Assembly (NCBI GenBank): GCA_002269645.1
Contig: NIVC01001485.1
Span: 124,001-188,000 of the forward strand
Origin: Macrostomum lignano
Taxonomy: Eukaryota
Direction: 5' to 3'
DNA: 64,000 nt
The notes beneath the pieces were generated by a model. The model worked only from the letters and a program-made list of their open reading frames with translations, was not told the origin of the DNA and ran no database searches. Shown one piece after another: positions 52,001 to 62,721 of this stretch (position 1 is its first letter; each line of letters opens with the position of its first letter). The translations under genes were made by a program, and so were the position numbers.

Positions 52001-55000
52001 CAGTGGTAGACGCATCATCAAACTCTGGCGCCATTGATTGACATTGACATTGGGTTTGTGCAGGAAACCATAGGCGCAGGAGCGGGGGGTGGATAGTGGG
52101 GCCATGCCCCCCCCCCACATTAAAAAGTCGGGGGGGGGGGGGGCGTAATGTTATCTGGCCCCTCCACATTTTAAATGCAAAATGTAGACTTCTTATTTTT
52201 TACTCTTATTTCTGATTTTTGCTGCTTTGCATTAATGCATTTTGCTGCAGGGCGACAAAACATAGCGCCAAATTGAGTGCCTGCGGCGCCAAAATGAGTG
52301 CCTGCGGTGCCAAATTGAGTGCCTGCGGCGCCAAAATGAGTGCCTGCGGCGCCAAAATGAGAGCCTGCGGCGCCAAAATGAGTGCCTGCGGCGCCAAATT
52401 GAGTGCCTGCGGCGCCAAATTGAGTGCCTGCGGCGCTAAAATGAGTGCCTGCGGCGCTAAAATGAGTGCCTGCGGCGCCAAAATGAGTGCCTGCGGCGCT
52501 AAAATGAGTGCCTGCGGCGCCAAATTGAGTGCCTGCGGCGCCAAAATGAGTGCCTGCGGCGCTAAAATGAGTGCCCGTGGCGCCAAAATGAGTGCTTGCG
52601 GCGCCAAATTGAGTGCCTGCGGCGCTAAAATGAGTGCCTGCGGCGCTAAAATGAGTGTCTGCGGCGCTAAAATGAGTGCCTGCGGCGCTAAAATGAGTGC
52701 CTGCGGCGCCAAAATGAGTGCCTGCGGCGCCAAAATGAGTGCCTTCGGCGCCAAAATGAGAGCCTGCGGCGCCAAAATGAGTGCCTGCAGTGCCAAAATG
52801 AGTGCTGACAACACCGATTCTAAAAATAATCGGTACATGATAATGTGCAGTTCCCATATAAAAAATAACAAAAATCTACCTCGACGGGGGGCGTGCGTCC
52901 TGTGCGCCCTCCCCCCACTCAAATCCGCCACTGAACCTGCCCCCCCCACTCTTTGAAACGTTCCTAGAAACTAAGGTCGGGCCTGTGCAATTCATGCTTA
53001 TGAGGACCAATCCTGCCGTGGTATAGTGTACAATGCTGTACATGTCTGAAAGAAAATTGTTATAAGAAAAATGATTCTATTTATTCAATTCAATTTGGGG
53101 CTGAATTGGAATCTCGGCTTGGCTCTGCTCGTGCAATTAACGGCCTTGAGAGCCAACCCCCAAGGCGCAGTGAAGTGTACATGCCTAACGATAAAATAAA
53201 AGTTAGGGCCGCTGTACACTCCTGTGTGAGTGTGTGCCTGCGTACGTATCCGCGCGCTTGTGTGCCTGCTCAGGGGAGTCTGCGGAATGGGCAGTAATGC
53301 CTCTCGCCGGTTGTGTGCCTATGTCGCTTAAAGTGCGCCAGGGTGCACACAACCCCCTGCCTCTAAAAAAATTGCCCGTCCCATCCCCAATCCGCAGCGT
53401 TTTCCAAGCGCAATTCGCCTTGGCCAATGAAAACAAAATCCGACTGAGCGCATGGGGCACTGACACTGGCAGTCTGAGAGTGTGCGCACTCGACCTGCTC
53501 AGCCTAGATCTACTCGCCACCTGCAGTCTGGAATACGATACCAGCATACTTAATTGTAGATTCCTCTGGCCAGCGCATGCCAGCTCGACAGTCGGTGCCT
53601 CTGATCGGGACTATCGCGATCCGCAACTTGGCTTACTTGTTTCAGCAATTACCGAACCAGTAGTACTTTTCACCGGCTTGTTTGCTTCTAGTAGCAGCAG
53701 CAATAGTAGCGGTAACAGTTCAATTCCGCAGCGCCAGGTGGCTCTGCCAGGCACCAGAGATTTGGACTGTCCAGCGTTTCTATGCGTACTGGATGTTGAC
53801 GAAGATGGCGAAGATGAAATTGTTGTTGGCAGCTTCTGTCAGCGGATTCAGATTTATAAACGACAGTCGGAGACTGGTGGGTAGCCTTGGTTTGTTGGTT
53901 TTTTCTTGAAAATCGCCCTTCAAGCTACAACTCGCTTTGAGAATCAGCCTCCAAGCTACAACTCACTTTGAGAATCAGCCTCCAAGCTACAACTCACTTT
54001 GAGAATCAGCCTCTAAGCTACAACTCACTTTGAGAATCAGCCTCCAAGCTACAACTCACTTTGAGAATCAGCCTCCAAGCTACAACTCACTTTGAGAGTC
54101 AGCCTCCAAGCTGCAACTCACTCTGAGAATCAGCCTCCAAGCTACAACTCACTTTGAGAATCAGCCTCTAAGCTACAACTCACTTTGAGAATCGCCCTCC
54201 AAGCTACAACTCACTTTGAGAATCAGCCTCCAAGCTACAACTCACTTTGGGAATCAGCCTCCAAGCTACAACTCACCTTGAGAATCAGCCTCCAAGCTAC
54301 AACTCACCTTAAGAATTACCCTCCAAGCTACAACTCACTTTGAGAATCAGCCTCCAAGCTACAACTCACTTTGAGAGTCAGCCTCCAAGCTACAACTCAC
54401 TTTGAGAATCAGCCTCCAAGTTACAACTCACTTTGAGAATCAGCCTCTAAGCTACAACTCACTTTGAGAATCGCCCTCCAAGCTACAACTCACTTTGAGA
54501 ATCAGCCTCCAAGCTACAACTCACTTTGGGAATCAGCCTCCAAGCTACAACTCACCTTGAGAATCAGCCTCCAAGCTACAACTCACCTTGAGAATTACTT
54601 TTCAAGCTACAACTCATCTTGAGAATCGCCCTACAAGCTACAACTCACCTTGAGAATTACCCTCCAAGCTACAACTCATCTTGAGAATTACCCTTCAAGC
54701 TACAACTCACCTTGAGAATTACCCTCCAAGCTACAACTCATCTTGAGAATTACCCTTCAAGCTACAACTCATCTTGAGAATTACCCTTCAAGCTCCAGCT
54801 CATATTGAGAATCTAATCTTGCTTGCGAGACTTGCGCAAAAGGCTTGATTAGCTGAAAAAGCCTCAATGTTACCTAATCTCAGCCCTCAATTTATCACCT
54901 GTCTTAACTTGTCATGCATCAGGTGAGTACAGCCTCACCTTTGAACGGCTATTCAACACGCCAGTCCAGTGCGTGGCCCACGCCGACGTAACTGGCGACG

Positions 55001-55158
55001 GTGTACGCGAACTGCTAGTGCTGACTGTCACCGGGCTGCATGTGCTCCAACGCAGTCGGGCCGACATCGACACCAAACTGCGGGACCGACTCCGCCAACT
55101 TGGCTGTCTGTCATCGGCTAACGAAGATGCGGTCAGAACTGCTAAGTCAGCATCGTGA
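49049..55158 (+). CDS. KPTN: Kaptin (KICSTOR complex subunit), ~462 aa. Exons 49049-49316, 49929-50017, 50101-50249, 50380-50488, 51877-51935, 53398-53876, 54923-55158
   Basis: Colinear with kaptin as I recall it: DVEICSID...FVGLTFSK, QQYFPDI, RLSAWGTDTGSLRV, LLVSAITEPVVLF, LPGTRDLD...LDVDEDGEDEIVVGSF, FNTPVQCVAHADVTGDGVRELLVLTVTGLHVLQ (FG-GAP-like repeats). Phases close if intron 4 is GC-AG. Confidence 0.85.
49495..49830. repeat. Intronic minisatellite, 39-bp unit (tgcgtacatcgggggtagagagttatagagcggtcattt)
   Basis: KPTN intron 1. Confidence 0.93.
52255..52805. repeat. Intronic minisatellite, 21-bp unit (gcgccaaaatgagtgcctgcg), flanked by G/C-run transposon-end-like sequence
   Basis: KPTN intron 51936-53397; about 26 copies. 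Confidence 0.95.
53925..54810. repeat. Intronic minisatellite, 31-bp unit (gagaatcagcctccaagctacaactcacttt)
   Basis: Fills KPTN intron 53877-54922. Confidence 0.96.
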
Positions 55159-55242
55159 GCACATAATTTGAAACAGTCTTCTTTTAAAAAAGAGAAAATA
55201 TTGCTCATGTATAATATAGCATTTTGCTGTTCAATTGAGCAT

Positions 55243-55435
55243 TGAATTTGATCCCAGATATGTTTGCCAAACTAATGGAAGCTTTTGTCTACTCATATGT
55301 TAGCAAGGCTGGCACAGCAAGATTTAATTTGGTCCATAGCGTCTATGAAACCCAGTCATGAGTTACAGCTGTGACTCACATTGCCAAAGTATTGGGAGCT
55401 TTTGTTTATGGCAAACATATCTGGTATTAAATTCA
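55243..55435. mobile_element. Small MITE-like inverted-repeat element (~190 bp)
   Basis: tgaatttgatcccagatatgtttgcca is near-identical to the reverse complement of tggcaaacatatctggtattaaattca. Confidence 0.5.
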
Positions 55436-55757
55436 TTGCGTGTAAACCCAAATGGGCTGCAAAAAGCTATATAATAAATAAATTCTACGGAGCAAGCAGT
55501 TGAATCCACGATATGAAAATTTTGTCATATGTCACCTCTAAAACCATATTGTACCATGACCTTTGTGCCCGCTAGGCACTTATTCTTGCCTTTTACTGCC
55601 ATAGACTACATTTAAGCCCGCTTGCAGGAAAGAAATACCGAAATTAGCGGGCATTTAATCACATACTGACCTCAAACCCATAGAATATCTTATACTTAAC
55701 GCCCGATTATTTTGTCCCACTTTGTCAAGGACACAAATGTCTATGGCACAAAAATAG

Positions 55758-55841
55758 TAATACCCATGCTTTGCGGGCGTTGATGAGAAATCCCGGGCAC
55801 CCTCTGATTTTCTCATTGATGCCCTTAAAGCATGGGTATTA
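55758..55841 (+). ncRNA. Candidate pre-miRNA-like hairpin (35-bp stem, 13-nt loop)
   Basis: Arms pair with 4 G:U wobbles, 1 mismatch and 1 bulge on the plus strand. Could equally be a decayed DNA palindrome. Confidence 0.3.
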
Positions 55842-56589
55842 ATGTACTATTGACAGTCTAACATTATTCTATGTTCCACAACAAGTAGTGTTGTTCACCG
55901 CTTCATTATCGCCTATCGAATTACGATAAATACTGAATTTGTTTACTTGTTCGCAGTTACCTCTAGCTCGCAAAATGCTCATAATTCGTTTAATTATTTG
56001 AAAAAAAATGCGTCTTTCAAAGTAATAATGACATCAACTTTTTCAAAGTGCTGTTTTTCATCTACGCTCGTAAAATGTATGTAATGCGTATCTAGTTGTA
56101 ATTGCTACAATGATACGAAAGCATGCATCTTGATTCCTTTATTATTATTAATATTATTGTTATATTTCATACTTTCAAACCTGATCGCTAATAACGTACT
56201 GAGTAAATGTATTTATTCCAGGCGTTGTTTGTGTACGTATCAATAAGGATACGTAATTGATTTTTTAGCATGCAGAAAAAATATATACCAAGCTTTGTAG
56301 TTCTTTCTTAGATATCTTAGTTTTCTATTATACAGACAGTTATAATTGACAATTGTCTGAAAGATGCTATTGTTTAAAAACGTTTCAACTTACTTTTAAA
56401 AAATATCTCTACATCAAATTATTAGAGTGAAGACAACCATAATTTTTATGTACTATAAAACAATTTCAGAACTGTAAATAGTGAAGCCACTTTGAAGGAA
56501 ATTATCAAGTTTTGATACGCTGGAATGCATTGACGTTTTTATGGTTTATGGTTATTAGCTATAAATTTTAGGTAAATCAAGATCAGACG

Positions 56590-57312
56590 GGCAAGCGTAT
56601 AGGCTGGTAGATAGACAGGTAGACAGACATGTAGGTAGATCGACAGACAGGAAGATAGGCGTGTAGGTAAATAGACAGACAGATAGACAGGTAGTTAGGT
56701 AGATAGACAGGTATGTAGGTAGGTAGGTAGATAAACAGATAGTCAGGTAGGTATAGGTAGGTAGATAGACGATAGGTAGGTAGGTAGATAAGTAGATAGG
56801 TAGATGAACAGATGGACTGGTAGGTAGGTAGGTAGGTAGGAAGGTAGATAAACAGATGGACAGGTAGGTAGGTAGGTAAATAGGTAGGTAGATAAAAAGA
56901 TAGACAGGTAGGTAGGTAGGTAGGTAGATGAACAGATGGACAGGTAGGTAAGTAGGTAGGTAGATTAAAAAGATAGTCAAGTAGGTAGGTAGGTAGGTAG
57001 GTAGGTAGGTAGGTAGATAGAAGATAGGTAGGTAGGTAGATGAACAGATAGTCAGGTAGGTAGGTAGGTAGGTAGGTAGGTAGATAGACAATAAGTAGGT
57101 AGGTAGGTAAGTAGGTAGGTAGATGAACAGATGGACTGGTAGGTAGGTAGGTAGGAAGGTAGATAAACAGATGGACAGGTAGGTAGGTAGGTAGGTAGGT
57201 AGGTAGGTAGGTAGGTAGATAAAAAGATAGACAGGTAGGTAGGTAGGTAGACAGACTGGTCGATAGACACACAAACAGACACGAAATCACCTGGCACAAA
57301 GACAGACAGACA
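56590..57312. repeat. (GTAG)n/(ACAG)n degenerate microsatellite
   Basis: Directly visible; ends ~35 bp before the SDHAF2-like start codon. Confidence 0.95.
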
Positions 57313-57345
57313 GGCTTGACTAAAACAATCCTATTGGTTCACCTC

Positions 57346-58533
57346 ATGCTACCTATCAGTCGTCATTTAATTCGCGGCTCGGCTTCGCTGCCACAGCTGC
57401 TGCCGCTACGCCTGCGACCGAATTTCCGCTTCAGTCGACAATCAACGTACTGGTCGAGGTATTTCGATCCACCGCTGGGCGACGCCACCACGGAGCCGCC
57501 GCAGCCGGTGCACCCGGAACCGGAGGGCCTGGAGAACCTGCCGGACAAGAAAGCCCGACTGTTGTTCGCAAGTCGCCAGCGTCGTCTGCCAGACTGCGCC
57601 GGCCTGTTGCACGCGTTCGCCGACGCCAGGCTAGAGAGCATGTCGGCTGGACAGACTGACGAATTCGATCGGCTGCTGCGGCTGCAGCTGCCCGACGAGG
57701 AGCTGCTGGCCTATGCGCACGGCTCGCTGACTCCGCCGCCACCGCAGCTGAACTGTTTGAGCGCATTTCACGAGCTGGTTGAGTTCGCTAGGTTAGTCGT
57801 CTACATAGGAGTTGTAGCCTAGTGGTTGTGTGTGGCGACCCACCAGTCCTTGGACTGAACAGCCGTACGCAGCCTTCAGATGCGCCGCGCAATTATAGCT
57901 GCAGCTGAGCTGTCGGTTGCACACCTGACCATTAGGGCAGGTGTAATGAATTATTATTATTATATGTAGCTTTAAGATATTTAAACTCTAATAATCTCCA
58001 GTCCAATGGGGGAATTAGCATTCAAAGCCTGTGGCACATCCTTCTTCAGTTGCTTTGTACATTGGTGGCGTGATTCAGATGGTGTTCAAACTTATTTAAA
58101 GAGGGCGTTGCACCCTTATAATAGCAGCATTAACTGCGGCTAGAAACAATGAATACAATGAGTCGCAAAATCGCTTTTTAGATCGCCGCCGCTGCCTCTG
58201 CGCAAGCGACAGCAGCAGCAGAATTCCGCTGTCGAGTCCGTTGAACAGCAGCGTCAGCGCCTGCTCTATCAGAGCCGGAAACGCGGCATGCTAGAGAACG
58301 GTCTGCTGCTGAGCTGCTTCGCCGATCGGCATCTACCTGGCATGTCGCCCGCACAGCTGGACATGTACGACGCAATCATTAACGAACCGTCGAACGATTG
58401 GGACATTTTCTATTGGCTAACCGGGGCTAAACCGTTGCCTAGTCGCTATGACAACGAGGTAGCCAAGGCTATGATCGAGTTTGTTCGCAATGAAGATCGC
58501 GAATCGCGTGTTCGTCAGCCGGATTTGCGATGA
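57346..58533 (+). CDS. SDHAF2: SDHAF2/Sdh5-family succinate dehydrogenase assembly factor with two tandem Sdh5 domains, ~265 aa. Exons 57346-57791, 58182-58533
   Basis: Exon 2 has the canonical [18 protein letters not shown]...[12 protein letters not shown]...RQPDL. Exon 1 has an Arg/Leu/Ser-rich presequence-like N-terminus and a degenerate Sdh5 copy. Phase-2 intron GCTAG|GTTAGT...TTTTTAG|ATCG joins them in frame. Confidence 0.85.
57808..57965 (+). mobile_element. Internally deleted SINE copy with (ATT)n tail, in the SDHAF2 intron
   Basis: A-box-like gttgtagcctagtgg joined directly to the shared 3' body (tgtggcgaccc...gctgtcggttgc); tail attattattattat. Confidence 0.6.
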
Positions 58534-58919
58534 TTTATTAGCAAGCTATAATTTGACCATCTATATTTGTATTATCATCTCTGTTGCAAAGAAATGCTTT
58601 TCGTGTCGTAAATACACCGTCTTTACTACTATCTGTAGCTGCAGTAGTGATCACTATTATAGATCAGCTTACTTAAGGCTTAGTTAAAACTTCTTTGACT
58701 TTTCTGCTCAAGTTTCTATTTGCGTGTCTTCACGATTCCCACCCGTAAGGGCCAGCCCCAAAAGGTACAGACAGTTTGCATGTCTGACGATTGGGCAGAA
58801 TTTCCTGTCGCCGAAGGCGTCACCCACCCTCCCGCAAATGCATATGAGCTAATATCATATGCATGTATATCCGAGATCATTGCGACTGCTAGCAAGGCTG
58901 TCTGTAAATGCTGTCGTTA

Positions 58920-59750
58920 ATGCTACAATTACTGACCATGTCTGTCACGGCCGTTAACCAACATTTCATGCTCAGGCTAGGCCACGCACTGCTGTCAGCA
59001 GCTTTAGCTACTAGTAGAGCGGCAATGAGCAGCTGGACTCACCTAGGCCAGGCATCGGCTGTTCGAATTGACGAGCAGCTGTTCGCGGAGTACGGTTTCA
59101 GCGTTGAGCAGCTGATGGAGCTGGCCGGATTAGCCTGCGCCCAGGCTGTGCACCGGGCCTACCCGCCGGCCTCTGAACTGGACGGCAGCACCAGCTGGCC
59201 GCGGGTGCTGATCTGCTGCGGCCCCGGGAACAACGGCGGCGACGGCCTCGTGTGCGCCCGCCACCTCGGCCAGTTCGGCTACTCGCCGTCAGTTTATTAT
59301 CCCAAGCGGACGGACAAGCCGTTGTACCGCAATCTGCTCAAGCAGTGCATTGGCTCCGGTATTCCTATAGTTGAATCGCATCCCACCGCTGCCACAATGG
59401 CCGCTGATTACGATATCGTTGTTGACGCTCTGTTTGGCTTCTCATTTAAGCCGCCAGTCAGACCGGAATTTGAGGCGGTGATGTCGGCACTGTCTGGTGC
59501 CAGTGTTCCCGTTGTCAGTATTGATGTGCCCAGCGGTTGGGATGTGGAACTTGGTCCCGTGCTGGAGACTCAGTCTATCCAGCCCGACTGTCTCGTATCG
59601 TTGACGGCGCCTAAAATGTGCGCCAAACATTTCACTGGTAGGCATCACTTTTTAGGCGGCCGGTTTGTGCCGCCAGAACTGGCCAGATCGTTTAGCCTGA
59701 ATCTGCCGCGCTATCCAGGCTGCGAGCAGATCGTGTCTCTGAATAATTGA
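58920..59750 (+). CDS. NAXE: NAD(P)HX epimerase (YjeF N-terminal domain, APOA1BP), intronless; start codon uncertain (58920, 58938, 58968 or 59025)
   Basis: IDEQLFAEYGFSVEQLMELAGLACAQA, CGPGNNGGDGLVCARHL, IVDALFGFSFKPPVR, SIDVPSGWDVE, LVSLTAPK, HFLGGRFVP. Confidence 0.95.
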   Translation: MLQLLTMSVTAVNQHFMLRLGHALLSAALATSRAAMSSWTHLGQASAVRIDEQLFAEYGFSVEQLMELAGLACAQAVHRAYPPASELDGSTSWPRVLICCGPGNNGGDGLVCARHLGQFGYSPSVYYPKRTDKPLYRNLLKQCIGSGIPIVESHPTAATMAADYDIVVDALFGFSFKPPVRPEFEAVMSALSGASVPVVSIDVPSGWDVELGPVLETQSIQPDCLVSLTAPKMCAKHFTGRHHFLGGRFVPPELARSFSLNLPRYPGCEQIVSLNN

Positions 59751-60042
59751 ATTATCAACTTTCGCTTTTTTTCGGTAGTCCTACTCATCTGATTTGTAGT
59801 GCAGTTCCAGTTGGAGCTAACTCCTTGTAGAATACCCAACAAAATGTGATTTTTATACCTATTACTAGTGGGAAAAGTTAATAAACTTGATTCGTTCAGA
59901 AGATGAAAAGAACGCTCTCGTTCTGTTAAAGTTGCAGCTTTGAACATAAATGCAAATTCGGTGCTCAGATTTCGTCTTTTAACATTTTGCTAAACGTGGA
60001 TTTGTGGGTGTCTTTGTCTACAGATGACAACTGGCTTATTCA

Positions 60043-60681
60043 GGGTCGTTTCACAAACCCTAATTTTCACAACGTCGAAACCAGAACCTTTCATAAGACC
60101 TATATTTCATAAACCCTAATTTTCACAACGTCGAAAATAAGCAATGCAGCAGATTTCACAAGACCTAAATTTCACAAGCCCTAAATTTCATAACACCTAA
60201 AAGGCATGCACAGAATTTCAAAAGCCCTAAATTTCACTATCTCTAAATTTCACAAACCCTAAATATCACAACGTCGAAAATTTAATTTGCTTCTATTTTC
60301 AGAAGCTCTAAATTTCACAAGCTCTAAATTTCACAACGCCTAAAAACACTATGGAGATACAATCTTTCACAAGACCTAAATTTCACAACGCCTAAAAACA
60401 CTATGGAGATACAATCTTTCACAAGACCTAAATTTCACAACGCCTAAAAACACTATGGAGATACAATCTTTCACAAGACCTAAATTTCACAACGCCTAAA
60501 AACACTATGGAGATACAATCTTTCACAAGACCTAAATTTCACAACGTCTAAAAGCACGTCTGAAAGATTGTATCTCCATAGTGTTTTTAGGCGTTGTGAA
60601 ATTTAGGGTTTATGAAATTTAGAGCTTATGAAAGTTTGTGTCTTGCGACGTTGTGAAATTTAGGGCTTGTGAAAGCGACCC
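60043..60681. mobile_element. MITE / foldback element with ~37-bp TIRs, near-perfect 9-bp flanking duplication (Mutator-like) and internal 52-bp tandem repeats
   Basis: Left gggtcgtttcacaaaccctaattttcacaacgtcg vs right reverse complement gggtcgctttcacaagccctaaatttcacaacgtcg. Flanks gcttattca / gcttattct. Confidence 0.85.
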
Positions 60682-60740
60682 GCTTATTCTAGCAATCATT
60701 CTTAAACGATCATTATTATCCCTGGATACATCATTCGTCA

Positions 60741-61040
60741 GTGGGGTTGTAGCTTAGTGGCTAGAGCGTCGGACTCAGAACTCAGGACTGAGAAGTCGGG
60801 GGTTCGATTCTCGACCAAATCGGAACAACTCTGCATTGCTTCAGTTCACCTGGTTAATTGAGGGGAAATTAGTTGGCTAAATCATCGCAAGTTGGCTGCG
60901 AACAAACTCTATCACAGCTTTGGCTACCTGGCCCTAATCTGCAGATGAGCAACCGACAGCTCAGCCGCAGCTATAATTGCGCGGCGCATCTGAAGGCTGC
61001 GTACGGCTGTTCAGTCCCAAGGACTGGGGGTCGCCACACC
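60741..61040. mobile_element. tRNA-derived SINE head (+) joined to an inverted SINE 3' body (-)
   Basis: A box tagcttagtgg and B box ggttcgattct; 60925-61040 is the reverse complement of the body seen at 57830-57935. Confidence 0.7.
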
Positions 61041-61872
61041 CATATATATGGATTTTAATTTCTTTTAGAGTTGTTTTTCATTGAATTTTGAATTTCAAAA
61101 ACATTTTTACAAGGGAATAACAAAAAAAGACTATTCTTTAGCTTACGATCTGTTTCCATTGACTGATTTTATAAGTTTAATGCATGCATTTGCAAGTACT
61201 GTACTCATAGTGTGAGCCCGCTTTCTCGGCGTGAGCTCTTGTAACTTATTAAACTAATGTATACTCCGCTACAGTTAAACCCCTAACGCTGTCACGCGTC
61301 TCAAAATTTGAGGAACATTTTTAATCATCCAAATATTGTTTTAGTATCGTGAGCCGTCATGATGCACCGATGAGGCACCGATGGCATGAAAAAAGCTTTA
61401 TTGAGCAGTGGCGCATTAAGCTGACGTCAGTCGATGCTTCTTCATAACCCGCTTAGAAAACTATTGGCTCCGATACAGACTCTCTGTCTCCAATTTCTGG
61501 CTGAAATTGACATCCCTTTTGCCATCAAACCCGGTGGGCCATGTTTATCGCTTTTTCTTGCCAAGCTTCAAGAACCTTTTTCGCTATTATACTTGTAGAA
61601 TAAAAGCCAATAGTGTCCCGAAATCGTGTAGAAACTTTTCAACTCTTTACCTCTTCAACTTCTCAGATGTCATTTCTGTTTTTTTGCCGACACTCCATAG
61701 GAGGGTGACAAATTTATGATGCCGATTCTGTCATTGAAGAAAAAACCGTCAACAACTTTTTCCTCTATTTAATGAGAGCCCTAATCGAGACAGCTTCCTA
61801 CTAGCTATTTAGCCGTGGGAAACCGGTACTCAGTTGGGAAGCATTCAATACCTACAATTTCCTAGAAGCAAA

Positions 61873-62721
61873 ATGTTCCCATGCGTTCAACTCCGTGCGA
61901 TTGTTCCCCTGCTCATGCCGCTGCTGCTGCTGACTCGGCCCGCGACCTGCTGCAGGCAGCGAGTCGCCTTCCACCCGATCCTCACCTCGAACTGCGTGTC
62001 CCCAGCTCACTACCAGCTGCTCGACCTTGACATCGCGGCCTGTGCGCTTCGATGCGGAGCGGCTCCGAAATGCAGAGCCTTCGCCATGGAAGCTGCGTCC
62101 TCCTCAGACCGGCAGCTCTGCCTGCTGTTCGCCTTCGATGCCTGCAGCTCGCAGCTGCTGCTCGATCCCGGCTCGTGGAGCAGCGGCTGCAGCAGCAGGA
62201 GGCTTCGAGTCTTCGTCAAGCAGTCGGAGGGTCTCGAGCCGGGCCGGCTCTGTCCCGACGACTATCGCTGGGTGTCCGGCGTCAGCGGCAGCCGCTTCAA
62301 GGGCTCGCTGTACAAGGCTGCTGGGAACGGGCTGTTGGCCAACTGGAGCGCTCAGGCCGTCAGCTGCCGGAGCTTCCTGAGCACCTCGGACGGGTCCGCC
62401 ATGCCGCTGACGAAGCTCGCCGACCTGAGCAGCGTCGAGGAGCTCCAGGATGTGAGGGCGTCAACTGGCCTGACTGGCAGCCAAAGGATCTGGGTGGGCG
62501 CCTCGATTCTTGGCAACGGCAGCTGGGCGTGGGCGGACTGCGGCTGGCCGCTGCCGCTGCTGGACGCTGACAGCGGCGGATTGTGGAAGTCTGGGGAGCC
62601 GAATTCCAAGGATGACGTTATAATTCGTGGCAGAATTTCGGACTCTGCGTTGACCGACCGGGATTATGCAGACCCCTTTCGCGGAGCTTGTGAATGCCTT
62701 GATCCATTCATCGAATTTTGA
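61873..62721 (+). CDS. Secreted protein with signal peptide, PAN/apple-like module and C-type lectin domain; intronless, ~282 aa
   Basis: Hydrophobic N-terminus (IVPLLMPLLLLTRPATCC), PAN-like CALRC..KCRAF...CLL, CTL-like WSAQAVSC, LADLSSVEE, IWVGAS, WAW, WKSGEPN. GC-rich coding composition. Confidence 0.75.
   Translation: MFPCVQLRAIVPLLMPLLLLTRPATCCRQRVAFHPILTSNCVSPAHYQLLDLDIAACALRCGAAPKCRAFAMEAASSSDRQLCLLFAFDACSSQLLLDPGSWSSGCSSRRLRVFVKQSEGLEPGRLCPDDYRWVSGVSGSRFKGSLYKAAGNGLLANWSAQAVSCRSFLSTSDGSAMPLTKLADLSSVEELQDVRASTGLTGSQRIWVGASILGNGSWAWADCGWPLPLLDADSGGLWKSGEPNSKDDVIIRGRISDSALTDRDYADPFRGACECLDPFIEF

Noticed and set aside
52069-52935. Single hAT-type MITE around the 21-bp array (cataggcgcagg ... 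ccgccactg)
   Set aside because: The ends appear to belong to different families and there is no TSD; probably composite relics.
60741-60820. tRNA gene (also 63230-63305)
   Set aside because: A and B boxes are present but the acceptor stem does not pair, and the sequence continues into a shared SINE body.
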